A stretch of 64,000 nucleotides of DNA, taken from the NCBI GenBank assembly GCA_013265495.1, contig MU058198.1, forward strand, positions 2,492,419-2,556,418, read 5' to 3'. How positions within the stretch are numbered: the first letter of the stretch is position 1; each line of letters starts with the position of its first letter. This stretch comes from Vicugna vicugna (Eukaryota). Below the pieces are notes generated by a model. That model was not told where the DNA came from, did no database searches, and saw only the letters and a list, made by a program, of their open reading frames with translations. This document shows positions 12,550 through 24,759 of this stretch, piece after piece. Made by a program: the position numbers and the translations under genes.

Positions 12550-14165
12550 TTATTCGATTTTATTTTTTTGAGCAGTTTTAGGGTCATGACAAAACTGGGC
12601 AGAATGTGCACAGAATTCTTATACATTCTCTGCCTTCCCACACGGACAGCTTCCTCCACCATCAACATCCTCCTCCACAGTGGTACATGTCTTACAATGA
12701 ATGATCCTACATCCTTATCAGCAAAGCCCGTAGTCTACATCAGGGTTCAGCTTGGTGTTATACATTCTATGGGTTTTGACAAATGTACAATGACACGTGT
12801 CCACCGTTACAGTGTTACACAGAATAATTTCACTGCCCTGAAATTCCTGTGTTCTGCCTATCTATCCCTTCTTCCCCCTAACCCTGACAACTATTGATCT
12901 TTTTACTGTCTCCATAGTTTTACCTTTTGCAGAATGTCATATAATTGGAATCATAAAGTATAAAGCCTTTTCAGATTGGCTTCTTTCACGTAGTAATATG
13001 CATTTAAGATTCCTTCATTTTTTTTCATGCCTTGATAGCTCATTTCTTTTTAGCGATGAATAATATTCCATTGTTTGAATGTATCACAGTTTGTTTATTC
13101 ATTTACCTTCTGAAGGACATCTTGTCTGCTTCCAGGTTTTGGCAATTGTAAATAAAGCTGCTATAAACATCCATGTGCAGGTTTTTGTGTGGACGTAAGT
13201 TTTCAGCTCCGTTGGGTAAATAACAAGGAGCACAAAATTGCTGGATCATTTTGTAAGAAGCCAGCCTTTTCTGTAAGAACCATTTTGTAAGAAGTCAACT
13301 TTTGTAAGAAGCCAAAGGGACCATACCATTTTGAATTCTTACCAGCAAGGAAATAGGAGTTCTTGTTTCTCCACATCCTCATCAGCTTTTGGTGTTGTTG
13401 GTGTTCTGGATTTTGGCCATTCCAATAGGTGTGTAGTGGTATCTCATTTTAATTTGCAATTCCCTAAGGACATATGATATGGAACATCTTTCCATATGCT
13501 TATTTGCCATCTGTATGTCTTTGGTGAGGTGTCTCTCCAGGTCTTTTGCTCATACTTTAATCAGGTTGTTAGTATCCTTTTTTGGCAGGTAAATGTCTAG
13601 TTGTTCCAGCATCAATTGTTGAAAAGACTGTCTTTTCACCATTTTATTGCCTTGCTCCTTTGTCAAAGATCAGCTGACTGTATTTATGTAAACTATTTCT
13701 GGCTTCTCCATTCTGCTCCATTTATCTATTTGTCTATTCCTTTGCCAGTGTCACCCTGTATTTTTATCTTTTCCAGTTTTATTGAGATGTAATTGATATA
13801 CAGCACTGTACAAGTTTAGGGTGTAGAGCATAATGATTTGACCTACATACAACATAAAATGATGATCACAGTAAGTTTAGTGAACATCCATCCTCTCATA
13901 CAGATACAAGACGATGTCTTGTTTCTGTAGCTCTATAGTAAGCCTTGATGTCAGGTAATATCCGTCCATTGACTTTGTTCTTTTTCAATATTCTGTTGGC
14001 TATTTTTGACCTTTTTCTCTTCCACATAAAATTTAAGATGAGTTTGTTGATATCCATGAAATAATCTTCTGGAATTTTGTTTGGGCTTATGTTGAATCTA
14101 CAGATCAAGTTAGGAAGAACTAACATCTTGACAATATTGAATTTTCCTACCCATGAACATGGAAC
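12550..14165 (-). mobile_element. LINE-1 (L1MC-like) 3' region and ORF2 fragment, with a nested younger L1 tail near 13770-13905
   Basis: ORF 13896-14210(-) contains PCSWVGKFNIVKMLVLPNLICRFNISPNKIP...LPDIKAYYRA, a typical L1 ORF2 post-RT segment. L1 3'UTR-like text covers 12550-13200. Confidence 0.85.
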
Positions 14166-15192
14166 AGATGCTTTACTATGGGAAAGACTACTGTAGGTAA
14201 AGGAAGTCATTGAAGATTTTTAAGCCTGGGAAAGATATAATCTGAATTTTGTTTTAGAATATTCTGACAGTGGTATAAAATAAGGATTGGAGGGGAGAAA
14301 AATGAAAACCTAGTTACTAGTTGCCTTCTATAGAGAAAGAGCTCGTAATACAAAGATAAACAAAATAGGTTGCTGCCACTAAGAAGACTGCAATCTAGTA
14401 AGGGTGACAGACACGAGGACAGGTAATTGCAGCACAGAGTGGTAGGTACTATGATTAGAAGTAGATGCAACCTATAGCAGTGGCTACAAGGTGGGTGTGA
14501 TAGACACTGCCCGGGAAGACTGTACACGGGAAAAGATGCTTCAGCCGTTTCAGTGGAGGAACAGTATCGCAAAGCCTGGACACGGGAAATGACAGGGCAT
14601 TCATTCAACAAATATTTACTGAACACACAACGATATACCAGGTCCTGTGCTGAGCCCAAAGAACAAAGAGACAAAAGATGCTCTCCCCAATCTGAATAAG
14701 TTCACAGTCGATTATAGTGAAAATTGTAACGCTGTGTGTGAGATGTTACTGATACACGTAAGTGTGGGATACTGTGGGAGTACACGCTGGCTGAGCACGT
14801 AACTCAGACTGGGTAGCGAAGAAATGATCTCTCAGATTGAATTGTGAAGACATAGTAGGAGTCTGTGCAAGTACAGAGAGATGTGTGATCATGTGCCATG
14901 CTGGGAGGAACCGCAAATAATTTAGTGGGGTTTGAGAAGTGTGAATTTAATCCTAAGAGGAATTGACTATTATTGTTAATAAGTCAGGGCTAATAATATC
15001 AGATTTGTCTTTGAATAGATCACCCTGTAGTGTGGAGAATGGTTTGAAGGGAGGCCAGCTGAATCACAGAGAGAGAACAGTATGAAGGCCAATGAGTTGG
15101 TTTTATATGAGAAGTGCTGCTGTGCACCTGAGCCAAAGCAGTGAGGAGGTCAACGTGAGAGAGACAGAGGCATTAGAGTCAACAGAACTTGC

Positions 15193-15320
15193 TGGTGGAA
15201 GTTATAACTCAGTGGTAGAGTGCATGCTTAGTGTGCACGAGGTCCTAGGTTCAATCCCTGGTAACTCCATTAAAGAAGTAAATAAACCTAATTACCTACC
15301 CCTTCCACCAAGAAAAAACA
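15193..15320 (+). mobile_element. tRNA-derived SINE
   Basis: A box TAACTCAGTGGTAGAG, B box GGTTCAATCC, and the family tail TAAATAAACCTAATTACC. Confidence 0.85.
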
Positions 15321-15777
15321 AAGCAGAAGTGGAGGATTAAAAAAAAAAATTGAGGTCTCTAAATAAAGGGAAAAAAGAATCAACGGGACTTGGTGACCTT
15401 TCGTTTTGGAAGCCTGATTGACAATTGGGTAATTGCGTATTAAATGAGTTGAGTATATGAAAGAAGTGAATGTGGACTGTTCTTGAACTCATTTTTCTGT
15501 TGAATTTGAAGGAACCCTTTCTCAGTCTTAGCTTATCCATCTCCTAAATGAATTATTTTCTGCCTGCAATGGGGAAGTTGCTAGAAATTCAAGCAGTGTG
15601 AAAAGCCTCAAGCAGTCTTATAGAAGAAAACTATGGTGGCTGAGAGGGGAGAGGAACAGAATCTGGAGCAGAAAGGACCCAAGGCTCATTGGCTGATAGA
15701 TATGAGAACAATGGAGGAAGAAAGGGTACACTTAGCTTGTGCCTCTGTCAATTTTCTTTGGGAAACAGAAGCCCTAG

Positions 15778-15952
15778 AGTAATGGTTCTCCACCATGTTG
15801 CACACGGGAATCCCCTGGAGCTTGGAAAAGTCCTGATACCCAGGCCTGCCCCTCGACCTGTTGAATCGGAATCTCCGGGGGTGACAGCCAGGTGTTAGTA
15901 TTTTTTAAAGCTCCCTAGTTTATTCCAGCGTACAGCCAATGTGGAGAACCTG
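15778..15952. mobile_element. MER5A-like hAT element
   Basis: TGGTTCTC...GAATCCCCTGGAG...GAATCGGAATCTCCGGGG...AAGCTCCC...GAGAACC. A related copy lies near 49545-49680. Confidence 0.55.
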
Positions 15953-18655
15953 GAGATTTACTTCCTTGGAAGCGGAAGCCCTAGAGACTAATTCCTGTTG
16001 ACTCAGGCATAGATAGGTTGTCAACCAGACACGTCAGCAGTCTTGTCTCATGACATTGTAAGCATTTTTAGAGGTATAAACCTATTCAGGGCACTCAAGT
16101 ATCATTTATCTCTGATAATTTCATGTTTGACATCTGGTGGCCTCACATAGCTAATGCTAATCTGAAAGCGTCTGACTGAAGTCCAGAGGCTAACTGTATA
16201 CTTAGCAGGATACGGTTCGATGATCAGAGAAGCTTTGAGATTCACCAGTATGACGAATTTAACAAAAACATCTATTTGATATAAATTTTATACTTGCAAG
16301 AGTGTTTTCTAATATCTGATTAACATTATAATTACTATTGCAATACTGTAATAGACAGTATTGTAACATTATACTTAGTATTATAATATACTGAAATGTG
16401 TATTTCAGGGGTGTTATTCTCTCCCTTGCCATTTTTCAAGGATGGTCCGTGATTCCTTGATAGAGCTAGAGAAATGTTTGTTCTGCAGGGGAGATTGTTT
16501 TACTTAGTAGTTCTACTCAGCAGCCTGTAAACATAACGGTTATACTTACTGTTAATGGAGATTCCAAGTGAGGTACTTGGGCAAGAGAACCAACATATAA
16601 TCTCTTCTAATGATAGGGGATAAGGTGTTTTATGGAGTAATATTAGAAATTAATTATCTAAATTAGTTTATACATGTACTTTCTATTAAAAAATTGCAAC
16701 AAAGTCCACACTTCCCATACAAAATAAACACAATGAAATTTTAGTATATTATAGAAAAAGGACTGCTCTGTCTGGTCAATTAAGCATGCTTGCATGCTTT
16801 AGTCAGCAAACATTTCTGGAGTACCTATTGGGTGTTAGCACTGAGCTGGGAACTGTGATAAAGAGTCATACGACATGATGCCTTTTTGCCTTCGGGAGTT
16901 CACGTGGCAGGAGTGGGTGAGGCAGACAGGAAAGTCGGGTACAATGAGCCAAGTCCAGGGTTGAGATGAGCACATAGTGCAAGAGGAGCCCAGACCTGGC
17001 CCTTGGCGGCTTGGCATTGCGCTGACTCCTCCTTGTGGAAGCCCTGTCTTTTAGCCCTGGCCAAACTCCTGCTGCTTGCTGCATATTCCTGAATAGAAAG
17101 ATACATTTTCTCAGTGGTCCAAGTCTGCCAATTTATTTGTTGAATTATAGTGTCATCTGTGAATACCTTGCAGGAAACCTAAATAAAATCCATCACTAAA
17201 AAAAAGTCTTTTATATATACACACTATATATGCACTATAATATATATATGCTATACTGTATATACAAGTGTGTTTTAAAATATTATATATATGCAGCTTT
17301 CCCTTTTCTTTAGTCTGGAAGCCTCACAATAGATACTTCCAAAATTATACTTGCAACAAAAGTTTCAGAAATGACTTTTCTCTTAATGACAGAGTAAACA
17401 ATACTGTCTTTAACTCCAGCAAAGAAGCAGATCCAAAATGAGTTGCTTCAGGGTGAATAATTGACAAAAACAACCTCAAGCCTTTGTCTCTTAAATAATG
17501 AAGACATTCTTGCTGTTTAATTATTTGTAGTTAATCATTAAAATCAATTTTAAAACTGCTTTTTGAAAACAAATTATTTTCCATCAAGATTTACTAAAGC
17601 AGCAGTCTGGAAATCCTTAGGCAAGGATCTCTCCTGCTTTTTTAATGACTTCTGTTTCATGTGAGGAAGAAATTAGTGGTTTTATGCAGTGTTAAAGATT
17701 AAGTTACCTAGACTAGAAATGAGCTAGTCTTAGGTATTGGTGCTGGTGGATTTTATTCTTTCAAAGTATCAATTCTAAATAATATAGCTGATTCTGCTAT
17801 AGTTATGAAACGCTTATTGTATCTTTATCAAAATTTTGTGTATTCTTGCTCTATGTGGCAACTCATGAAGCACAGAGACTCAAAATGAAAAAAAATAGCC
17901 TCTCTGAGGAGCTCATGCATTCTACTGTAGGCTCACTAGGAGAGCTAGAGATAGTCAGTGGTTAGAGCATGCCATGTATTCAGAGCCTCTAATTTTGTAC
18001 TTTGGTGAGACATAACTTTTCCCTCCCCCATCTCTGTCTATCTGGGAACAAAAGTTGAAAAATATATACACAATCGTACAGTTGCTTATATGAACTGTGT
18101 ACATATAAGCATATACATTTGTTGGGGTTGCTAGACTGAATATTGGGATAATTGGTTAGTCTTTAATAAGGTTCTTATAAGTCCATCTGCTAACTATGAT
18201 GAACATGAGCACTTGTAGCATCTAAATTATTAAGAATATTTGGCCCAAAAGATTCTGACTGAAGCTGAATCAATCACACTATTATTCCTAACAGTGGGTC
18301 AGAAATGGGGCTGCAATGTGAAATTTTGTGTAGGGAATTCTATCCGGAATTTCACAGGACCACAGTAATATATAGCCCGTGTTTTGCCACAAAATTATCA
18401 ATGATGTGTTGATGTCTTCCCCAGAGCTCACTTCTCTTTCTCTGTAAATAAGCATCATGATGTTACATTGCAAAGGGACCACCTGAGGACAAGATTATGT
18501 CCAAAGAAGGGGATAAGCAACAATAGTGGGTTTTTTTTTTTTGAGAAATATTTATGCTCTTGCTTTTTTCTATTAAGTCTTTATAGTTGGAAACATTAAC
18601 AATAGCCTCCAACCTCTGGCAAAGAAAAACAGGTATGTGGAGGGTTAAATCCTTG

Positions 18656-18782
18656 AGGTTTTTTTGGGGGGGGAGATAACTAGGTTTACTTATTTATTTT
18701 TAGAGGAGGAACTGGGGATCAAACCCAGAACCTCCTGCATGCTAAGCATGTGCTCTATCACTTGAGCTACACCCTCCCCCTA
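18656..18782 (-). mobile_element. tRNA-derived SINE with perfect 15-bp TSD
   Basis: AGGGTTAAATCCTTG at 18641-18655 and again at 18783-18797. Confidence 0.9.
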
Positions 18783-19255
18783 AGGGTTAAATCCTTGTAT
18801 TTCCACATCGGCAGTGTCACCTATCAAGCCATTCTTGTTCTTGATATTTGTTATAAGCCATTGCCTCTCCACAAGAGTCTCTGAATTCATTTCTGCAGAA
18901 AGCATATGACTTTCTTTTTAAAAAATGAGGGTTTTTTTTCCTTCTGATAAATTTGTATTATAAATACCTTTTTTTTTTTTCTTGGAGAGATTTTTAGTTT
19001 AGATCTCAGTAAAAATCTCAGCTCCCAACTTACTAGCTGTGGAACATGGAGCAATTTAATTAAGCTGGTTAAGCCTCAGTGTCTTCTTCAGGGTTATTGT
19101 AAAAACCAGGAGCAATGACAGAAAAGTGTCAAACAGGGCCAGGCATGTAGGAGGCCTGCAAGACATGTTACATGGGGCTAATCAGGCTGACCAGAGAAAG
19201 AAGGTTCTTCTTCAGGTAGCAACTGCTTCTGTGGGCTCAGGCTTTCCTGAGTCTA

Positions 19256-19381
19256 TTTTATGGTGTGTGTGTTGGGGGGGGGTAATTGGGTTTATTTATT
19301 TTTAGAGGAGGTACTGGGGATTGAACCCAGGACCTCATGCATGCTAAGCATGTGCTCTAGCACTTGACCTATATCCTCCCT
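19256..19381 (-). mobile_element. tRNA-derived SINE
   Basis: Family core GGAGGTACTGGGGATTGAACCCAGGACCTCATGCATGCTAAGC. Degenerate TSD GGCTTTCCTGAGTCTA / GGCTTCTCTGACTCTA. Confidence 0.85.
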
Positions 19382-19605
19382 GGCTTCTCTGACTCTAATT
19401 CAAAGGAGACTATATGGCCATGGAAACCACATTTAGGTGTCTGCCCTTTTTCATCATGGTCTTCTTCTCTTCCATCTCTGCTCCTTTTTCATTGATACTG
19501 ATTTTGACGGTGACTCCTTTGACAAGATTTGTCTGTTTTTATACTAATGACCATAAACATTTTTCACTGATCCCATCAGGAAGCATCTTTATTAATTTTA
19601 TACTT

Positions 19606-19701
19606 TTTGGGGGAGCAATTAAGTTTATTTATTTATTTTTAATGGAGGTACTGGGGATTGAACCCAGGCATGCACTCTACCACTGAGCTATACCCTCCCC
19701 C
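19606..19701 (-). mobile_element. tRNA-derived SINE with internal deletion
   Basis: The core jumps from GAACCCAGG to CATGCACTCTACC; flanked by TTATACTTTTT on both sides. Confidence 0.8.
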
Positions 19702-20995
19702 TTATACTTTTTTTTGAGTTTATATTGATAGCAGTAAAGGAAAGTGGAAAGGAGGCAGACTTGGCTTTAGTTTTGAGATGTGAAAGATCCCCAACATGAC
19801 AGGATTAGAGGTGAGAGGGTGATGATTTATATGACCCTTTTTACCTCACAGAGCTAAATTTACAAATGGTTTAGCAAGTGTACGCTAAGACAAGAAAATG
19901 AGGGAAAAGGGCCAGAAAGTAATATTTTAGAATGTAATAACCTATAGGTAGATATTGTTTCTTTTGAAAGTAGCACATTGTGAGAGAAAATTGGGAGTAA
20001 CATTTTTTTCCATAAGCAGAGGTTTTTATTATAAGATAAAATTAAATATATTTTTGTTATTATCTCTTTGCCTCCACTAGAGTGTAAGGTTTGTTGAGAA
20101 TAAGGATCATTGTTGATTTATTTACTCTATATCATAAGCACCTAAAGCAGTAAGTATGCAATAAATATGAGTGAACAAAATTATAAGCAGGGCTTAGGAA
20201 TTATTATTATTTTTTTTTTTACCAGAGATTCATTTTAAAATGTTAAGGCTGGAATTGACATTCTGAAAGCATAAAAACCCAGCAGGTCACGAGGTTCATC
20301 CATCCCAGTAGAGGGAAAGTAATGTGAGAGAGGAAAAGAAATTCTCTAAATCATGGGCATCTCTCCCAGATTAGAGTAATGTCTTAAAAGAAAGAAGAAA
20401 TTTTAAGAAAGGATCAGAAGGACCAAGGACGTTTTTGAAGAGCATGAAGTGATTCATGAAATAGTAGGGAAATGAACATGGTTGCAGCTTCAGTAATAAC
20501 TGTGTAAGCCTGACGGGGGGTTAGACCACAACGTGGTAGTTATCAAGTGGCCTTAATCACTTACATGTTCATTCCCCTGCCTTCCCTTGAACTTCCAGCC
20601 TAAGGCTCTCTCTCTGCAGTGTTGTCAGCATGCTCACACCAGGCTTTGCCTCTGCAGATTACCATAGGTGCTCCCCTGCCTCCTGTCACCATGGAAAAAA
20701 GAGAAAAAGACAGCTCTGTCTTGGAGATCGAAAATCTCCCAGAGAGAACCCCTGCCAGCTGGAATCCAATTTCTTGATGTTTCTGAAACAGGGATCTGCT
20801 ATAACTAGAGAACGCCAAAGGATAATGGGCTCCTGCTGCTAGTTAAACACTCAGATAAAAAGCACACAGGTGCCTCAGCCAAGCAGAAAATAGTCTTTTC
20901 ATAAAACACAGGGCCTTGAGCACATACTTTAGTAATTCCTTGACTGGCAGCTCGTGGTCATGGCTCTGCATTCTTTTTCTCTTTTAAAGCTCTTG

Positions 20996-21092
20996 GGTTT
21001 TTTGTTGTTGTTGTTAGTGGAGGTACTGGGGGTTGAACCCTGGACCTCATGGATACTAAGCATGTGCTCTACCACCAAGCTACCCTCACCCT
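20996..21092 (-). mobile_element. tRNA-derived SINE
   Basis: GGAGGTACTGGGGGTTGAACCCTGGACCTCATGGATACTAAGCATGTGCTCTACC. Confidence 0.8.
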
Positions 21093-21499
21093 TCTTCTTC
21101 TCCTTTAAAGGCCTTGATTAGGCCGCTTCCTTTCTTCTTTGCATTTGACAAGTGTGTGGTTTAGGCTGCTGCTAAGTGGAACTTGGGTTTCCCTTACCTC
21201 TTTGGCATCTTGCAAGGGTGACTGGTCCAGTTTTCCTGTCTGGTCTGTCTTGTGGTTCCAATCAGTGAACAGTCACAGGTGGTGAGAGAAGCATCATGCT
21301 TCTGTGCACTTAGAACATCAAGTTCAAAAGTAGTCATGACCTTGTCTTCTCATTCTCGAAATCTGTGCTCAGCTGTTTCAAACCTCCTATGTGTCCTTGT
21401 TAGCAGTGGCCAGTTAGAAATCACTGACTTCTTTCCCTGTAGTGGTCAGGGACAGCCAATTTATGGTTGCTGGGACATAAGTGCCAACAGCAAAGGTAC

Positions 21500-21985
21500 A
21501 TCATTCAGGCCACTTTGGCTACAAGTGACAGAAACCCAGCACAGGCTGGCTTAAACAGAAAAGGAGCTTATGAGCTCATCTAACTAAAAAGTCAGGCAGC
21601 GCTGGATCTAGGTAGGTGGTACTCAAATGATGTCAGGAAGCCGTTTCTCTGTCCCTGACTTTCCCTCTGTGTTTAGTGCAAACTTTATTACATGGCAGGC
21701 AGCAAGATACCTCCAGGTTTACATAGGCCTTACAGTCTCAGATCCTACAGGAAATGTGTACATTTGTCCCAGTAGCACAGCAAAAGTTCCCAGGTGGACC
21801 CTGAAAGGCTTTGCATGAGTCACATGTCCATTCCTGAGGCAGTAGTGGTAGCCTGGGGCTTGGAGTACTATGACCAGGTCCGGGCACGTGCCTGTCCTTG
21901 GGGGTGGGAGCAGGGTAGTCAAACCCCCTGCGTCTTTAGCACTGAGACAGGCTTAACTGTGGAAGAAGGGAGAGGATTTCTCTGA
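21500..21985. mobile_element. MLT1-like MaLR LTR
   Basis: Begins with the typical MLT1 text TTGGCTACAAGTGACAGAAACCCA...CTGGCTTAAACAGAAAAGG; heavily decayed. Confidence 0.55.
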
Positions 21986-23239
21986 AAGGAAAGAATGCGA
22001 GGGAGACAAAACACCATGTGCACCCAGAAATGTGGTTTTCCGTAGATAGTTTGGGTGGAGCAGAAGTGAAGCCACATCCTGCCAGCATTCTCGGTTCCTC
22101 TGTTACTTCTGGAGACTACGCGTTGGGTGGTCTAGTCGATGGCCCAAGCCTTTGTGGTTGTCTCAGAAAGTAGCAGCAGAAGAACAGAGAATGGGCAGGT
22201 CGGAATCAACCACTTCCTGGACTGAGCAGGACTCAAGGTGGAGGGTGGTTTTGTGGAGCAGTAGTTGGAAGGGATGGTCATACCTGGTAAACACAATCCA
22301 GTCCAGAGCACTAAAGACTTTCTCAGACTGGCCTTTACAGGTGGAGGTAGTGATGGTTGGAGGTTTTGCACATGATTCTAGGCAGAGGCCTTCTAGTTAA
22401 CACCTACTTATCCATCCTTCAGAACTCAGCTCAAATCCCACTTTCCCAGGGGTGGGGGGAGCCTTCTCTGGACTCTACTTGCCAAGGGTAGACCAGACAT
22501 CCTGACTGTGAGCTCCCATCTAGTCCTTTGTTTTTTTTTTTTTTTCCATCTCAGCACTTTTCCTTCCTATGTAATTAAATGGAACTCAATCTTCTTTATG
22601 ATTACTTGGTTAAGATCTGTCTCCTGTGCTGGGAGGTAAACTCCATGAGGGTAAACTCTTATCAGTTTTTGCTACCATTGGATAACTTGTACTTAACCCA
22701 GTGCCTAGCACTTCAGTAATCACACAGTGCTTTTTTTTTTTTTTTTAAGATGAGTGAATGATGCATAGGTTCTGGTAATAGCAACTGGTTTTAGTATGAA
22801 AATGTAACAAACTGCCCCCCATCTTTATGGTACAGCTTGACCTTTCCGCTTAACTCCTCAGTTGGCTGAATTAATGAGGTGCTTTTCAGATAGCCCAAGT
22901 AACCAAAAAGAAGCTGCAGACCAGACAATTGGCCCTCAGATAGTCAGGAGCCTCCTTTTACTGTGTATAATTTAAATGAGAAAATATGATCTACCAAATA
23001 TAATGGAGAACCAAAGGCATCTTTGGGCTTCACTGAAGTTCTTGGCAGAAAATCAGGCCATGTCACTTCTGAATATTATTATTAACTCTGGTTTCTTCTT
23101 GTAACCTCTAATTGTATTGAATGGAAGTAGGTTTAGTAACAAAAATGAATGCCCAGCTCCTACCACTTGGTTTGACACCCACTGGGTGGTCATTTTAATA
23201 CTAAAGCATTATGGGTATGTACTATCAGGGTTTTAAACT

Positions 23240-23365
23240 TTTTTCTTAGAGCAGGGAGGTAACTAGGTTTATTTATTTTTTCAAATGGAGGTACTGGGGA
23301 TTGAACCCAGGACCTCATGCACGCTAGGCATGCGCTCTACCACTGAACTGTACCCTCCTCCCGAA
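23240..23365 (-). mobile_element. tRNA-derived SINE
   Basis: GGAGGTACTGGGGATTGAACCCAGGACCTCATGCACGCTAGGCATGCGCTCTACCACTGAACT. Confidence 0.85.
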
Positions 23366-23718
23366 AGTATTTTGAGTATGTAGATGCATATGTGTATGCC
23401 CTGCGCCCATCTCCGCCTCTCTCCTCCCATGCCCTGTGTGTATGGTCCTTCACTGTGACCACAGCACTTCTCACCAGGTATGGTGATCAACGGTTTACAT
23501 GTCAGCCTCTTCTTGTATAAGCAACTAGAAGGTAGAGATTTTTCATTTTTTCAGTTATTTGAAAGACTCAAAGTTGTTTGATAAAATTTTTTACCTTTTT
23601 AATGGGTCCAAAAGATATCAAAACTTGTCTGAAACATTTCACTGTATAGCTTTGAATTAATAAGAAAAGAAGCCACTGGAGAAACTAACCAGGTTTTAAA
23701 TCTTTTTTTCTCTCCCAG

Positions 23719-23851
23719 TACCGTCTTAGATCTTCATGATGCTATGTTTAATTTGATTTGCCTGGTCCCACTGGGCATTGCAGGAATTCAGATTCTGGTT
23801 TGGAGACCATTCTCCATCAGGAACAAGACAGACTACACAGGGACACTCTAA
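23719..23851 (+). CDS. MFSD13B: MFSD13B-like terminal coding exon
   Basis: Acceptor TTTTTTTCTCTCCCAG|. Translates (S)TVLDLHDAMFNLICLVPLGIAGIQILVWRPFSIRNKTDYTGTL*, resembling the recalled TMEM180 last helix [24 protein letters not shown]. TAA at 23849-23851; phase matches the previous exon. Confidence 0.88.
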
Positions 23852-23970
23852 GGTGGACGCCAAGCCATCATAGGATTCAAGTGAAACTTCAGTTGTTTGT
23901 TCTTATAGAGCTTATATTATACCAGAGGGCAAAACTGTTCTTTCTAATCACTAATCTGTTTAGAAAACAA

Positions 23971-23980
23971 AATAAATAAA
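23971..23980 (+). terminator. Probable polyadenylation signal of the MFSD13B-like gene
   Basis: Two overlapping AATAAA hexamers (AATAAATAAA) about 120 nt after the stop codon. Confidence 0.6.
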
Positions 23981-24759
23981 ACAAAAAATCCAGCAGGTTT
24001 TAGAGATTTTTGACTACATAATAAGAAGGTTAAATACGAGTTAAGTTGGCTGTTTCCTAGTGGTCTCATAGCCTGGACACAACCTGTCACTCCTCATCCT
24101 TAAATTGCTATGTGGGTCGCTTTGGGGTTCCTGAAGCCCCCCTGACTAGGCATGCCACTTCCTTTTATTATATTTTTTCAGCCTTGTATTGTTTCTTTGA
24201 CTGATTTTATTAGTGAGATGGCCTTTTTTTTTTCTTTTCCTCTTTTCATTCAGTAATACCGCATCATCATCAGCTGTAGATTCCCTGTGATTAATATAGT
24301 GTTCAGACTTGGGAAATTCAGGGACCAGAGTAAGAGGACTCATGAAATCCAAATTTATGTGGCTCATTGTCTTGGTTGCAGACCTTTTGGTTGTGAAGAA
24401 ACAGGAATTCAACTTTTAGCTATCTTCAACAGAGAGAGGTTTCTTATAAGGGTGGAGTAGGCAAATTCACAGGCACCGGGGACAGGAAATCAAACAGGGC
24501 TAGAGCGAGAGAGGAAGGGCCTGCGGTGGCCTTCTCTGTTTCTGTCACCTTTACTTCGTTGTTTTCTCCCTGATCGTCTCTCTCTGTGACACAGATGCGC
24601 AACCCCCTCCTCCCCCAGGCACACTCTCTGTTGGTTGAGCAACAGACCTTTCAGTCCAGTCACTGGCCTTCATCTAACTGACTCAGACTCTGTGCCTGTT
24701 CAAATTCTCTTCCCCAGGAGTGGTATTGGTCCAGCAAGAGACGTTGGTACACACTCTGC

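Noticed and set aside
13247..13313. CRISPR-like direct repeats
   Set aside because: Eukaryotic context, units of about 16 nt, no unique spacers, and located inside an L1.
13896..14210. 104-aa ORF as a protein-coding gene
   Set aside because: Fragment of a decayed L1 ORF2.
15193..15270. tRNA-like sequence with A and B boxes
   Set aside because: It is the head of a multi-copy SINE with the family tail; sister copies have TSDs. Not a tRNA gene.
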